From Planctomycetales bacterium (GTDB lineage: Bacteria; 4484-113): 64,000 nt of DNA. The position numbers were made by a program, and so were the translations under genes. The notes beneath the pieces are model-generated. The model worked only from the letters and a program-made list of their open reading frames with translations. It was not told the DNA's origin and ran no database searches. The stretch spans positions 64,001-128,000 of the forward strand of contig JBBIRS010000003.1 of the NCBI GenBank assembly GCA_037441675.1, written 5' to 3'. Shown piece by piece: positions 9,648 to 19,537 of this stretch. Each line of letters starts with the position of its first letter. Position 1 is the first letter of the stretch.

Positions 9648-10703
9648 TTACGGTAGAGAAAGGAAGAATCCGCTGAAGGCGATTAGAGCGGTGATTAGCT
9701 CTAAGCCCCAGAAAATGAAGACAGTGCCAAGCTCACTCAAACCGGAAAGTTCAAAATGATGGTGCAAGGGACTCATCTTGAATATTCGCTTGCCCTTAGT
9801 TAGACGAAAATAAATTACCTGCAGGACAACTGATAGAACTTCAATGCCTGCTACCGCGCCAAGGATGAATAGGTAGAAAATAAATCCGTTCAGGATAGCA
9901 ATTACCGAGAGGAATGCGCCTATGAAGTAACTACCAGTATCACCGAAGTATAAATGGGCAGGCTTAAAATTGACTATTAGAAGCGAGGTAATACCTCCAG
10001 CGAATCCCGCGAGAAAGTAACAGGAAAAAAGAGGAAGCCCGCCCTGCAAGATGAATGAATTCTCGACAAGTGAGATGTTAAATGGCATGAGAGTTCCAGC
10101 GAGAATACCAAGTGGGATAAGTAATGAAATTGTGCAGATGAGGGAGAGTCCACCTAAAAGTCCATCAAGACCATCGGAGAAATTAGAGCCGTTCACTATT
10201 AGAAGGATTAAAAAGGTACCCAAGCTCATAAAAGCCCAGTAGGGGAGCTTGACACAACCTTCAACAAAAGGTATTAGCGTTGTGGAGCTAGTTGGATATG
10301 CGAGATGGAGAAACGCTAGCGACAAGAGAATCTGTGCGATTAACTTGTATCTAGCCTTTATACCGGTTGTGCCGGTTCGGCTCTTCATAAAATCATCGGC
10401 AAGTCCTACTAGCCCGAATAAAAGCGGGATAAAGACCACTAAGTTCAAAGTTAGCGAGTGATTGGGGATTAATCGGGAAAGCTCTTCTTGGTAAAGAATG
10501 GCGATAAGGAAAGTTCCTATAACAGAAAGAATGAGAAGAATGATACCCCCACCGGTAGGAACTCTTTCTTTCTTAAGGTGATGTTTTGGACCCCAGGGGC
10601 GATACGAGTGCATAAGGAATCGCTTCATTAGCGGGTAGATGAATGAGATTAGCATTAGTGATGTCGCTGCGTTTACCGAAAATATTGTAATTAACACACT
10701 CAT
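9648..10703 (-). CDS. mraY: phospho-N-acetylmuramoyl-pentapeptide transferase
   Basis: PTGGG, GLADD, NFSDGLDGL, FGDTGS, FKMSPLHHHFEL. Confidence 0.97.
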   Translation of the reverse strand: MSVLITIFSVNAATSLMLISFIYPLMKRFLMHSYRPWGPKHHLKKERVPTGGGIILLILSVIGTFLIAILYQEELSRLIPNHSLTLNLVVFIPLLFGLVGLADDFMKSRTGTTGIKARYKLIAQILLSLAFLHLAYPTSSTTLIPFVEGCVKLPYWAFMSLGTFLILLIVNGSNFSDGLDGLLGGLSLICTISLLIPLGILAGTLMPFNISLVENSFILQGGLPLFSCYFLAGFAGGITSLLIVNFKPAHLYFGDTGSYFIGAFLSVIAILNGFIFYLFILGAVAGIEVLSVVLQVIYFRLTKGKRIFKMSPLHHHFELSGLSELGTVFIFWGLELITALIAFSGFFLSLP

Positions 10704-12400
10704 AGTATCTTTTCCTCTAGGTTAAATTCATCAAGGACTGCCTTTACAGCTCTTTCCAAATGCAATCCTCGTGACGCCTTTATTAAGATAACGAGCCCGT
10801 TTTCGTTCTTTTTCACCTCTTCCAGTAAAATTTGATTTATCTTTTCTATGGTTTTCTCATCGGCGCACTCTAAATCGTGGTTCGAGGAGATGCTTGCTAA
10901 GCGTTCAAACTCCCCTTGGACGGGGTTAGCCACTAATTTGGGGAAGAAATTTTGACTACCTTGTGGTTCATTAGTGCCACAGGGAAAGTGAATTACCTCA
11001 AAGCCATCCGGGACAGGCACTTCTAGAAATGACCTCATTGCTTCTCCAACACATATTAATTTTGATGGAGGAAGTAAATATACAAGTTGAGCCACCTGAC
11101 GATGAAATAGTTTCTCATACTTTCCAAGCTCAAGCATATCACCAAGTACAATAAGTCTTTTCCAATCTCGGGGCAACTGCATAAGCAGGCTAATGGCTTC
11201 CCTTACCGAGGCTGGTCCGCTGTTATAGGTGTCATCAATAAGGAGCAAGTTTGGCGCTAATCTATAGGGAGTTAGCCTCTGGGGAGTGTAGGGAATTGTT
11301 TCCGTGAATCTAACACATTCTTCCAAATCTAGACCGAGTTCAGTGCAAATAGCGCAAGCGCAAAGGAAATTTTTCACCGCAGAGAATCCTAGGAGCTTCA
11401 GAGCAACTTGGAAGCTTTTTCTCCCATCAGAAATGATAAATTTTGAACCTTGAGTGCCCATCATCTCAATTTTCTCTACGTAAAGATCTGCCTTTTTATT
11501 TGCTAGATGATGCTGATTGCTAACTTTAGTGTCAACCCAAAGATTCTGCGGAAGGATCTTTTGGATTGATTCTTCTACGAGGCTAACGTCAAAAAACTGT
11601 GTAACCAAACCGTTCCTAGTGGCTGGTTTTCCTGCTACTTCATGAAGTAACAATTTAAGGTTCGGATCGCTTATGTTTAACCATAAAACGCCATCATTCA
11701 AAATTCCGTCAACAATTTCAGCTTTGGCTCGTGTTATTTCTTCGATTGAACCTAATCTTCCGATGTGGGTAACATGGGTATTTGTTATTAAGGTGAAGTG
11801 AGGTTCAGCGATGCGCGAGAGCAAAGAAATCTCACCTCGCCCCCTCATCGCCATCTCTAGCACTGCGACTTCTGTTTCAGGCGAAAGCTTTCCTATGGCT
11901 AATGGGACGCCTATTTCGTTATTGAAGTTTTTCTCAGTGCCAACTGCGCGGAATTTATTCTTGAGGAGCGTTATTGCTATCTCTTTTGTCTGCGTCTTTC
12001 CCACGCTTCCAGTGAGAGCGAATACTTTTACCTTCGGAAATTGCTTGCGAAACCAACTTGCCAGCTTCTGAAGCGCAACTAGGGTGTGACGAACCTCAAT
12101 TACTGAGACAAAACACGCTTCCTTTCCGTTTTTCTCCTTCCGTTCTTTAAGGACTTCTAGGATATGAGGGATTTGCGGATGCCCCCTTTTAATTAGTACT
12201 GCGGATGAGCCTTTTTCTATGGCGTCCAAAATAAAGCTGTGCCCATCCCTTTGAGTGCCGATTAGCGGAATAAAGAGAGTATCCTTCTCTGAGGTTCGGG
12301 AGTCAATGCAATAGGTCTTAAACTTATTTGTTTCTTCTCCAAAGATTAACTTGCCGTTTAACGGTTCAAGAATATCCCTAATAGCAAAGGGATAAGTCAT
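10700..12400 (-). CDS. murF: UDP-N-acetylmuramoyl-tripeptide--D-Ala-D-Ala ligase
   Basis: IDSR, DGHSF, TGSVGKT, NFNNEIGVP, LEMAM, DDTYNS, GDMLELG, KASRG. Confidence 0.95.
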   Translation of the reverse strand: MTYPFAIRDILEPLNGKLIFGEETNKFKTYCIDSRTSEKDTLFIPLIGTQRDGHSFILDAIEKGSSAVLIKRGHPQIPHILEVLKERKEKNGKEACFVSVIEVRHTLVALQKLASWFRKQFPKVKVFALTGSVGKTQTKEIAITLLKNKFRAVGTEKNFNNEIGVPLAIGKLSPETEVAVLEMAMRGRGEISLLSRIAEPHFTLITNTHVTHIGRLGSIEEITRAKAEIVDGILNDGVLWLNISDPNLKLLLHEVAGKPATRNGLVTQFFDVSLVEESIQKILPQNLWVDTKVSNQHHLANKKADLYVEKIEMMGTQGSKFIISDGRKSFQVALKLLGFSAVKNFLCACAICTELGLDLEECVRFTETIPYTPQRLTPYRLAPNLLLIDDTYNSGPASVREAISLLMQLPRDWKRLIVLGDMLELGKYEKLFHRQVAQLVYLLPPSKLICVGEAMRSFLEVPVPDGFEVIHFPCGTNEPQGSQNFFPKLVANPVQGEFERLASISSNHDLECADEKTIEKINQILLEEVKKNENGLVILIKASRGLHLERAVKAVLDEFNLEEKIL

Positions 12401-12553
12401 TTCACATACTCCATTATCAATATGAACTTTCTAGCAAAATGTTACTTCAAAGAGTAAATAAGCGCAAGCTTCACGTCTAAAGCAATACACGATAAAAATC
12501 ATACTCAAAAATAGTCCCGATGCTGTATCAACACCAAGTGCTTGGTCGTTTGT

Positions 12554-14095
12554 TTACCCTTCCTCCAAAATCTCATTCACCGCTTCCACGTCCGAGAAGT
12601 GGATGATTCTATCCTTGAAGATTTGATAATCTTCATGTCCCTTGCCAGCGATGAGAACTATATCTCCGATCTCAGCGTCATTGATGGCAAGTCTAATGGC
12701 GGTCTTTCGGTCAAGTTCTATGAAGTATTTAGGGCTTCTGGCTAACATTAGTCCCTTCAAGCCTTGAACGATTTCTTCAGCAATATCAGCGGGGTCTTCA
12801 CTTCTGGGATTATCGGAGGTGATGATAATCGCGTCCGAGTATATTGCAGCAACTTGTGCCATAAGGGGTCTTTTCTTTTGGTCTCTATCACCACCGCATC
12901 CAAATACGCAAATAATACGCGAATCTTTGGCAAGGTTGCGCAGAGATTTCAACACTTGTTTTAAGGCGTCTGGGGTGTGAGCGTAATCCACAAAAATTTG
13001 AATTCCCCGCTTATTATCAACTCTTTCTAGTCTGCCTGGGACCTTTTTAAGTCTAGGAATACCTAGCTTGATAAGCTCAGGCGAAATTCCCTCCATAATG
13101 GAAACTGCGACAGCTCCTAGAACATTTAAGACATTGTGGTAACCCGGCAGGCTTGTGGAAGCTTTGAACTCAAGCCGCTCCCCTGGCGGTTCAAAATTCT
13201 TAACCCGAATTTTGCGCGGGTCATACTGAATGTGTATATCGCTACCGTTAAGGCTAAGCCCTGCTATCAAACCTCTTACCGCAGAATCTTCGGAGAGCCC
13301 AAACGAAACTTTAGTGTTAGAAATCTCGTCGAAAATCGTCCTACCTTCTTTATTATCAATGCATATCGCGGAATAATCAGATTCACCGAACTCCTCGCGT
13401 AGAAAGAAACTCTTTTTAACTTTGAAGTATTCCTCCATTGTTTGGTGATAGTCGAGATGGTCTTGAGTAAGGTTGGTGAATAGCTTGACCTTGAATGGAA
13501 GAAAGTCCAATCTTCCTTGCGAGATGGCATGGGAAGATGCTTCCATAACGAGATAATCACAACTATTCTGAACCGCAATCTTTGCAAGACGGTTTAGTTT
13601 AGGCGGGTCTGGAGATGTTAATCCTCGTTCTTTGAAGTCATATTCCTGCGTGAGCTTTTTAGGTGGAAGGGCAAAGCCAAGAGTTCCCATTATTGCTGGT
13701 CTTTTCCCCAACTCTCGGAGCACTTGTGAGATTAGAAGCGTGGTTGTGGTCTTTCCATTTGTACCAGTGACGCCGATGAGTCTTAGGGCGTTTGTTGGAT
13801 TTTCGTAAAACTTTGAGGAGAGAAGCGCCAGGGCTTTCGCAGAATTTTTTACCCTGATGCGGGGAGCCTTTGTCTAAATCTCTAGCGGTGTTTCATAGAG
13901 GATTGCTGATGCCCCATTCTTGATGGCATCATTTACATAGAAGTGACCATCGCTCTTGATTCCCCTTCTTGCCACGAAGAGATATCCACTTTTAACCTCC
14001 TTGCTGTTTTCGGTGATGCCAAGAATTTCGGTTGATTCATCAACATCTAAGAGCTCGATAATCTCAAGTCCGTCCACCAATTCATAAAGTTTCAT
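12554..14095 (-). pseudogene. murE: UDP-N-acetylmuramoyl-L-Ala-D-Glu--meso-DAP ligase interrupted by one in-frame TAG (13874-13876)
   Basis: ORFs 13874..14095 and 12554..13723 are in the same frame; reading through gives ...YETPLEI*TKAPRIRVKNSAKALALLSSKFYENPTNALRLIGVTGTNGKTTT...; also MEASSH, DHLDYH, DYAHTPDA, DNPR, GKGHE. Confidence 0.93.
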
Positions 14096-15947
14096 CTATT
14101 GTCTCCGGCGCAATTCTCTTTATTAGCACGATTTTCTCCGCAAGTTCCCGAAAAGCTGGCGCAGATACTAAACCGCCATAGTAGTCTCCCTTTGGTTCCC
14201 TAACTACTACGAGTATTAGATACCTAGGCTCTCTCTTTGGGAAAAAACCGATGAAACTTGATGTGTATATTCCCTTCTGATATTCGCCTCCTTCAGCAAT
14301 TTGACCAGTTCCAGTTTTACCCGCAACTGTGTATCCTTGCATTCTAGCCCGCTTGCCTGTGCCTTTCTCTACAGCTTCGCGCAAAATGTCTCTCACCTTT
14401 TCCGCTGTCTCAGGGGAAATTACCCTTCTAAAGTTATCATTAAGTTTGACCTCACTATTTGTGCTAGCTGAGACTATCCTTTCACCGGGTAAAAGTGGGA
14501 TTCTTTCCTTCGGTTGGTATTGGCTTTCCTCTCCTTTAAGAACGACTGTAACCTTTGGCAGGATGCCTCCGTTAGCGATGGCAGAGAATGCTCTCATAAG
14601 CTGAAGTGGGGTGAGCGCAATTCCTTGCCCGAAGGCGGATGTGGCGACTGTTATATCTGGCCAAACGTAAACCTTCTTTCCACTCTTGAATCCCACTGGC
14701 TTAATTCCCTTCTTTTCGCCGTTCAGTTCAATAGCGGATTGTTCATACAGCCCTAAAGTCTTAAAGATTTCTTCAAGCCGATATTGACCAAGCTTGAGTC
14801 CAATTTGAGCCATGCCGACATTTGATGAATGGACGATGATGTTTCTAACAGGGATATGCCCAAATCCTGCTGGATTTCTGTCGTGTTCCGCTTCGTGAAT
14901 TACATACTTTCCGATTCTAAAGGTTGGAGTGCAGTAGAATTTTTCTTCCTCGCTTAACCAACCTCGATCAAGGGCAACAGCGGTAACTAACGGTTTCATA
15001 ATAGAGCCTGGCTCAAACACGAATTGGGTTAACGGATTGGCTTCTTTTCCCCTTGATGGCCCCCTTGAGTATTCGTTGGGGTCAAAGGATGGTCTGACCG
15101 CGGAGCTGAGAATTTCCCCTGTGAAAGGATCCATTACCGCAACTAGCGCCCATTTCCCTCTGGTTCTTTTCATTAATTCAGCCACCGTTTTTTCCGCCGC
15201 TAGCTGTATGTCTCTATCTAACGTGGTGACAAGGTCATTCCCATCTTGAGGTTGAGTATAAGTGAGCGTTGCGGGAATTATCCTTCCTCTTCCGTCACTC
15301 TCGTAGGTGATTATCCCATCCCTACCTTTTAGATATTCAGAAAAAGTCAATTCAAGCCCGATGGAAAGCTCATTTCTCAAGTTCCGATATCCGATGATAT
15401 GAGGAGCAAAATTATCCTTGAAGGGATAATAGCGTTGGAAGTAATATCTGATAAAGATGCCAGGGAGTGAAAGCGCATCTATCTGCTCTGCAGTCTCTTG
15501 GGGGATATCATAAGCCAAGTCGATTCTTTTTAGATTTTGGTTTGCCTCTATGAGTTCCCGAATTGATTGCGGACTCTGATTCAAGAACGATGAAAGCTTT
15601 GAGTAAACTTCATCTTCGTTCTTAAGAAGTTGTTTTTCTACGATTACTCTTGCGACTTTTACATTGTCCGCAAGTACTGTTTCCTTGTCTCTAGCGAGTA
15701 TCCTTCCTCGCTTGGCATGTCGAATGTCCATTCTAGACCAGGTACTCTCTAAGTCGCTAAAGAAAATTTTGGAATCAACGTCATTAGTTACGCTCTTCTT
15801 ATCAGAATTTTTTATCTCCATGGATTTATGTTTCTGGCTTTCCCTGTAAGCATACTGAACTTTATGAATACTCCAGATGTTTCTAGCACCAATAAGAGTT
15901 ATGAATAGGAAGATGATACCCGCCTTAAGTAAATAAACCCGTTCCAT
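14082..15947 (-). CDS. ftsI: class B penicillin-binding protein FtsI (PBP3)
   Basis: RGRILAR, RYYP, EPGSIMK (SxxK), SSN, KTGT; between ftsL and murE. Confidence 0.9.
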   Translation of the reverse strand: MERVYLLKAGIIFLFITLIGARNIWSIHKVQYAYRESQKHKSMEIKNSDKKSVTNDVDSKIFFSDLESTWSRMDIRHAKRGRILARDKETVLADNVKVARVIVEKQLLKNEDEVYSKLSSFLNQSPQSIRELIEANQNLKRIDLAYDIPQETAEQIDALSLPGIFIRYYFQRYYPFKDNFAPHIIGYRNLRNELSIGLELTFSEYLKGRDGIITYESDGRGRIIPATLTYTQPQDGNDLVTTLDRDIQLAAEKTVAELMKRTRGKWALVAVMDPFTGEILSSAVRPSFDPNEYSRGPSRGKEANPLTQFVFEPGSIMKPLVTAVALDRGWLSEEEKFYCTPTFRIGKYVIHEAEHDRNPAGFGHIPVRNIIVHSSNVGMAQIGLKLGQYRLEEIFKTLGLYEQSAIELNGEKKGIKPVGFKSGKKVYVWPDITVATSAFGQGIALTPLQLMRAFSAIANGGILPKVTVVLKGEESQYQPKERIPLLPGERIVSASTNSEVKLNDNFRRVISPETAEKVRDILREAVEKGTGKRARMQGYTVAGKTGTGQIAEGGEYQKGIYTSSFIGFFPKREPRYLILVVVREPKGDYYGGLVSAPAFRELAEKIVLIKRIAPETIDETL

Positions 15948-16005
15948 TTTATTAAGGTTAGAAACTAACTAAAGACTAAACAGATCTTAAAAACAAACTC
16001 TTGAG

Positions 16006-16042
16006 AAAAACTAACGGCGGCCAGAGGGAACTGGCCGCCGCC
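16006..16042 (-). terminator. Rho-independent terminator between ftsL and ftsI
   Basis: Minus strand GGCGGCGGCCAG-TTCCCT-CTGGCCGCCGTT followed by AGTTTTT; 10-bp perfect GC-rich core plus 2 G-U pairs. Confidence 0.7.
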
Positions 16043-16213
16043 AGGAGGAAGGGTAGCAAAGTTAATATCCCACGTGGGCGTGGAAACCTTACGGTAATCA
16101 CTGGGCATCCTGCTAATGGGCAAAATTTGTGTCACTTCAGTTTGCCTCATCGCTATCTCGCATTTTCTTAAGTTAAAATTGATTTCACCGCTTATGTTCA
16201 TAGCTTTCTTTCT

Positions 16214-16708
16214 CTACGGCTTTATTGTTATAAGCTTATCGGAAAGGGGATACAGGTCTTCTACCGTGTTAGCTCTACCTATGGACTTTTTAATATTGGT
16301 GCGAACAATAAAGTTCTTTTTAGTTAATGGAATTAGTCCCAGTTCCCTCGCCTTTTCCTCGTCAAATTTGAGTCTATTCTCCTGTTCAGTATTTGCGAGC
16401 TCCTGTTGAGCTAGCACAAGGTTAAGATTCTTTAGGCTCTTTTTCGTATCCACTAATTTGTAGCCCTCATTCACCACGCAGGTTGAAAGATACGCGTATA
16501 CCATTACTGAGCTAGTGAGTAACATAGCACCAATTATTACGGTTGCTCTGTAGGAAAGGGTTATTGGGAAGAGGCATAATCGCTTTAAGCGAAAGAGCAG
16601 CCCTGATTTTTTCTTAACAACGCCGAAGACTTCTTGCGCTCTTCTGAATTCCTCAAAGCTTAGTATGCGGTCTTTTCTCAAAAGCTCTTTGGCTGGTTCA
16701 ATCCCCAT
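16214..16708 (-). CDS. ftsL: cell division protein FtsL-like
   Basis: Single TM, then coiled coil ending EEKARELGL; lies between rsmH and ftsI and overlaps rsmH. Confidence 0.65.
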   Translation of the reverse strand: MGIEPAKELLRKDRILSFEEFRRAQEVFGVVKKKSGLLFRLKRLCLFPITLSYRATVIIGAMLLTSSVMVYAYLSTCVVNEGYKLVDTKKSLKNLNLVLAQQELANTEQENRLKFDEEKARELGLIPLTKKNFIVRTNIKKSIGRANTVEDLYPLSDKLITIKP

Positions 16709-17636
16709 CGTTTTTCCTCCTTCTTTCAGTCTTAATTACGACACGAAGCTTGGCGCTTCTCGCACGACGGTTTTCCCTTATTTCATCCTCGCTTGGCTTT
16801 ACAGGCTTCTTTGTTAACGGTAGTAAAACCCATTCTTCAGGGGAGTCTCCCCTTTCTGAATAAAACCTAAATGTTCTCTTAACGATTCTATCCTCAAGGG
16901 AGTGATAGGAAATAACGCCAAGCCTGCCACCAATGCTTAAATGTCTAACAGCGGCACTTAAACCTGCATTAAGCTCAGATAGCTCATCATTGACGAAGAT
17001 TCTTAGGCTTTGAAATGTTCTTGCGAGAATTTTATTCCTGTTTCTTTTGCGTTTTAATGGGATTGCCCTATCAATTGCTTCAACTAGCTGAAAGGTCGTT
17101 CTTATTTGGCTTTCCCCTCTTTTTTCCTCTATTGAATGGGCAATCCTTCCCGCGAGGGGTTCTTCACCATAACTTTGAATTATGCGCTTAAGCTCAACTT
17201 CTGGAAGCTGATTTACAACTTCAAAAGCACTTTTGCTACTTTTACCCATTTGCATATTTAACTCTCCGTCTCGCAAATATGAGAATCCTCGACTTGCGTC
17301 TTCAAGCTGGAGAGAGGAAATGCCAAGGTCAAATAAACCCACGTTAAAGGGGATAAAACCGCATTTTTGCAAGATACTCTCAGCTTCAGAGAAAAGCGCA
17401 TTTACAATTTGAACTTGGCAATTTCCTTCAGCCTTAACGCGCTTTCGAGCAATTTCAAGAGCCTTCTCGTCCCTGTCTATTCCCAGCGCACGCCCCTTCT
17501 CACCGATTAACCTACAAATCGCGAGTAGATGTCCTCCTGTCCCAACGGTAAAGTCCACGAAGCTTTCTCCAGCCTTTACTGAGATAAATCTAATTAACTC
17601 TTGTAAAAGAACAGGTTTGTGAACAACCTCGTTCAC
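16698..17636 (-). CDS. rsmH: 16S rRNA m4C1402 methyltransferase RsmH (MraW)
   Basis: HKPVLLQE, DFTVGTGGH, DLGISSLQLE..RGFS, FQSLRIFVNDEL, ISYHSLEDRIVK, RARSAKLR. Confidence 0.97.
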   Translation of the reverse strand: MNEVVHKPVLLQELIRFISVKAGESFVDFTVGTGGHLLAICRLIGEKGRALGIDRDEKALEIARKRVKAEGNCQVQIVNALFSEAESILQKCGFIPFNVGLFDLGISSLQLEDASRGFSYLRDGELNMQMGKSSKSAFEVVNQLPEVELKRIIQSYGEEPLAGRIAHSIEEKRGESQIRTTFQLVEAIDRAIPLKRKRNRNKILARTFQSLRIFVNDELSELNAGLSAAVRHLSIGGRLGVISYHSLEDRIVKRTFRFYSERGDSPEEWVLLPLTKKPVKPSEDEIRENRRARSAKLRVVIKTERRRKNDGD

Positions 17637-17690
17637 TTCAAAATATGAGAGAGGAACAGGCTTAAACCCGCCGAAAAAGCCCGTTCCTCC

Positions 17691-18176
17691 CTAATCAGCA
17701 ACGTTTGATTCCACACCTTTTGAGCCCTCATTTTCTAGAGCCTTGCCCAAAGCTTCTTCGATGCTTACTTCCGGTTTCAACGGTGGTGCCTCGGTTGCTT
17801 TCCAGACTTCAATGCACCAACCTAGAGAGTAGACAACAAGCTCGCCTTGTAGGAACACGTGCTCCCGCAGAAATTTGGGAATGGTTATTCTTCCCTGCTC
17901 ATCTACCTCAACGGAAGCGTGTAGGGAATAAAAGTTGCGCAGAAAGCTTTGGGTTTTTGCTCCCATAGCCTTGAGGAACCCGGAATAGGTGGATAGATCA
18001 ATTCTGTCCTGAATATGTTTTTCAATGTACCTAAAGTTTTCCTCGTTCGTTACTAAGATGTGAGAGACGCTTCCGTAAATGATAAATGCGGTATCGCCAA
18101 GCTCCTGCTTCGCGCGGACACCTAGGAATATCCTCCCTTTTCCATCAATCCGAGTTTTAGTCCATCCTCTCAGCAA
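17691..18176 (-). CDS. mraZ: division/cell wall cluster transcriptional repressor MraZ
   Basis: Two DxxGR repeats (IDGKGRI, VDEQGRITIP), IEVW; first gene of the dcw cluster. Confidence 0.85.
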   Translation of the reverse strand: MLRGWTKTRIDGKGRIFLGVRAKQELGDTAFIIYGSVSHILVTNEENFRYIEKHIQDRIDLSTYSGFLKAMGAKTQSFLRNFYSLHASVEVDEQGRITIPKFLREHVFLQGELVVYSLGWCIEVWKATEAPPLKPEVSIEEALGKALENEGSKGVESNVAD

Positions 18177-18217
18177 TTTCCTTAATCACTTCAGCAGAAA
18201 CATTGGGAATATTGGGT

Positions 18218-18246
18218 TTTTTACACCTTAATTATGGGATTGTCAA
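18218..18246 (-). promoter_or_regulatory. candidate sigma70 promoter of the dcw cluster
   Basis: Minus strand TTGACA-N17-TAAAAA about 40 nt upstream of mraZ; the -10 is imperfect. Confidence 0.4.
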
Positions 18247-18553
18247 GGGATAATTCACCAAAATTTTAGGAAATTCCAGAGAAATTACACATATGTTTAG
18301 TTTTGTGCTGTTTGGAATAATAATTAGCGGTCATCTTTTTTATTGAGAAGAAATTACGGGGGTGCGTTGTGTCGCAAGAAAGCTAGATATTTACTAATAG
18401 GGAAGAGTTATGAAGGATTTATACGAGCAAACTTATGTGGTCAATTGGATTTGAAAGATAATCTGCGTCTGATTGTGGTAACTAGGTGGCAATTTTAGAT
18501 TGAGGAGGAAGATTTGAGTAGAGAAAAATTTAGAGGATAAAATCTTAACGAGA

Positions 18554-19537
18554 TTAACTTTCTATGGCGGTTCTATACTCAGCGATGAGAAGAGCGTTCA
18601 GAGCTGCGCCTAGAACCAAGTTATTAGAAACAGCGAAGAAGCAGGCAGATTTTTCTTCAAAGTATGCTCTAACTCTACCGATGACTACTTTGTCAGGAAC
18701 GCTAATCGCGAAAGTGCTATCCGGAACTTCATCTCGTGGAAGCAGTTCAATAAACTTGTGCTCTTCTAGGGCGAGTCTTATATCTTCAATGCTAGCGCGA
18801 TAGTTGAACTTGACAAAACAAGAGATGGAATGACCAATAACAACTGGTACTCTTACCGCGGTGGCGTATATTTCTGTTTCATCCAGATTTAGGATTTTTG
18901 TTGTTTCTTCTCTAATCTTTTTCTCTTCGGAGAACTCCAGCAGAGAGGGCGCGCCAATCGCTGGCGAGGCTTTTAGAACTTGCGCTAGCTCCGGGCTATT
19001 CAAGTTGCTCATACTTTTTTTCTTTATCTTCCGAATATCATCTAGAAATAAATCTACGGTATCTCTTCCTGCGCCGGATAGAGATTGATAACTAGAGACG
19101 TAAACTTCTTTAGGCCCGAAAGGAAGCAGTGGATATAGCGTGTGACAGAGAAGAATAGTAGTGCAGTTAGGGTTTGCAATGAGTCTTGAGGTAGAGATAT
19201 CGCTTTCATTAACGCCTACCACAACTAGAGGGACGCCTTCGGTTAATCTAAAGATTGCGCTCTTGTCGATAACAATTGCGCCACTCTCAAGGGCTATTGG
19301 AACATACTTCTCAGAGAGGGAGTCCCCAACCGCAAAGAATGCTAGGTCTACCCCTTCAAACTTATCCTCAGATAAAAGCTCTACTTCGTAAGATTTCCCC
19401 TTTACTTTGACACTCTTTCCAACGGATTGCTCGCTTCCCAAGAGAACAAGATCGTCGTACTTCAGGCGGCTCTTAGGCAGAAGTTTGAGTAAAGTTTCGC
19501 CAGTTAGTCCCGTCGCGCCAGCTACCGCAATTTTCAT
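18554..19537 (-). CDS. asd: aspartate-semialdehyde dehydrogenase
   Basis: GATGLTG, IDKSAIFR, IANPNCTT, YQSLSGAG, VRVPVVIGHS, NNLVLGAALNA. Confidence 0.93.
   Translation of the reverse strand: MKIAVAGATGLTGETLLKLLPKSRLKYDDLVLLGSEQSVGKSVKVKGKSYEVELLSEDKFEGVDLAFFAVGDSLSEKYVPIALESGAIVIDKSAIFRLTEGVPLVVVGVNESDISTSRLIANPNCTTILLCHTLYPLLPFGPKEVYVSSYQSLSGAGRDTVDLFLDDIRKIKKKSMSNLNSPELAQVLKASPAIGAPSLLEFSEEKKIREETTKILNLDETEIYATAVRVPVVIGHSISCFVKFNYRASIEDIRLALEEHKFIELLPRDEVPDSTFAISVPDKVVIGRVRAYFEEKSACFFAVSNNLVLGAALNALLIAEYRTAIES

Noticed and set aside
13874..13876. Genome-wide TAG reassignment
   Set aside because: TAG ends cysS, pgk, ftsW, mraZ and rsfS at their expected C-termini
16120..16136. sigma54-like promoter TGACAC-N5-TTGC on the minus strand
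   Set aside because: The invariant GG at -24 is GA
15965..16201. 78-aa ORF between ftsL and ftsI
   Set aside because: Runs through a strong terminator hairpin and has no recognisable motif
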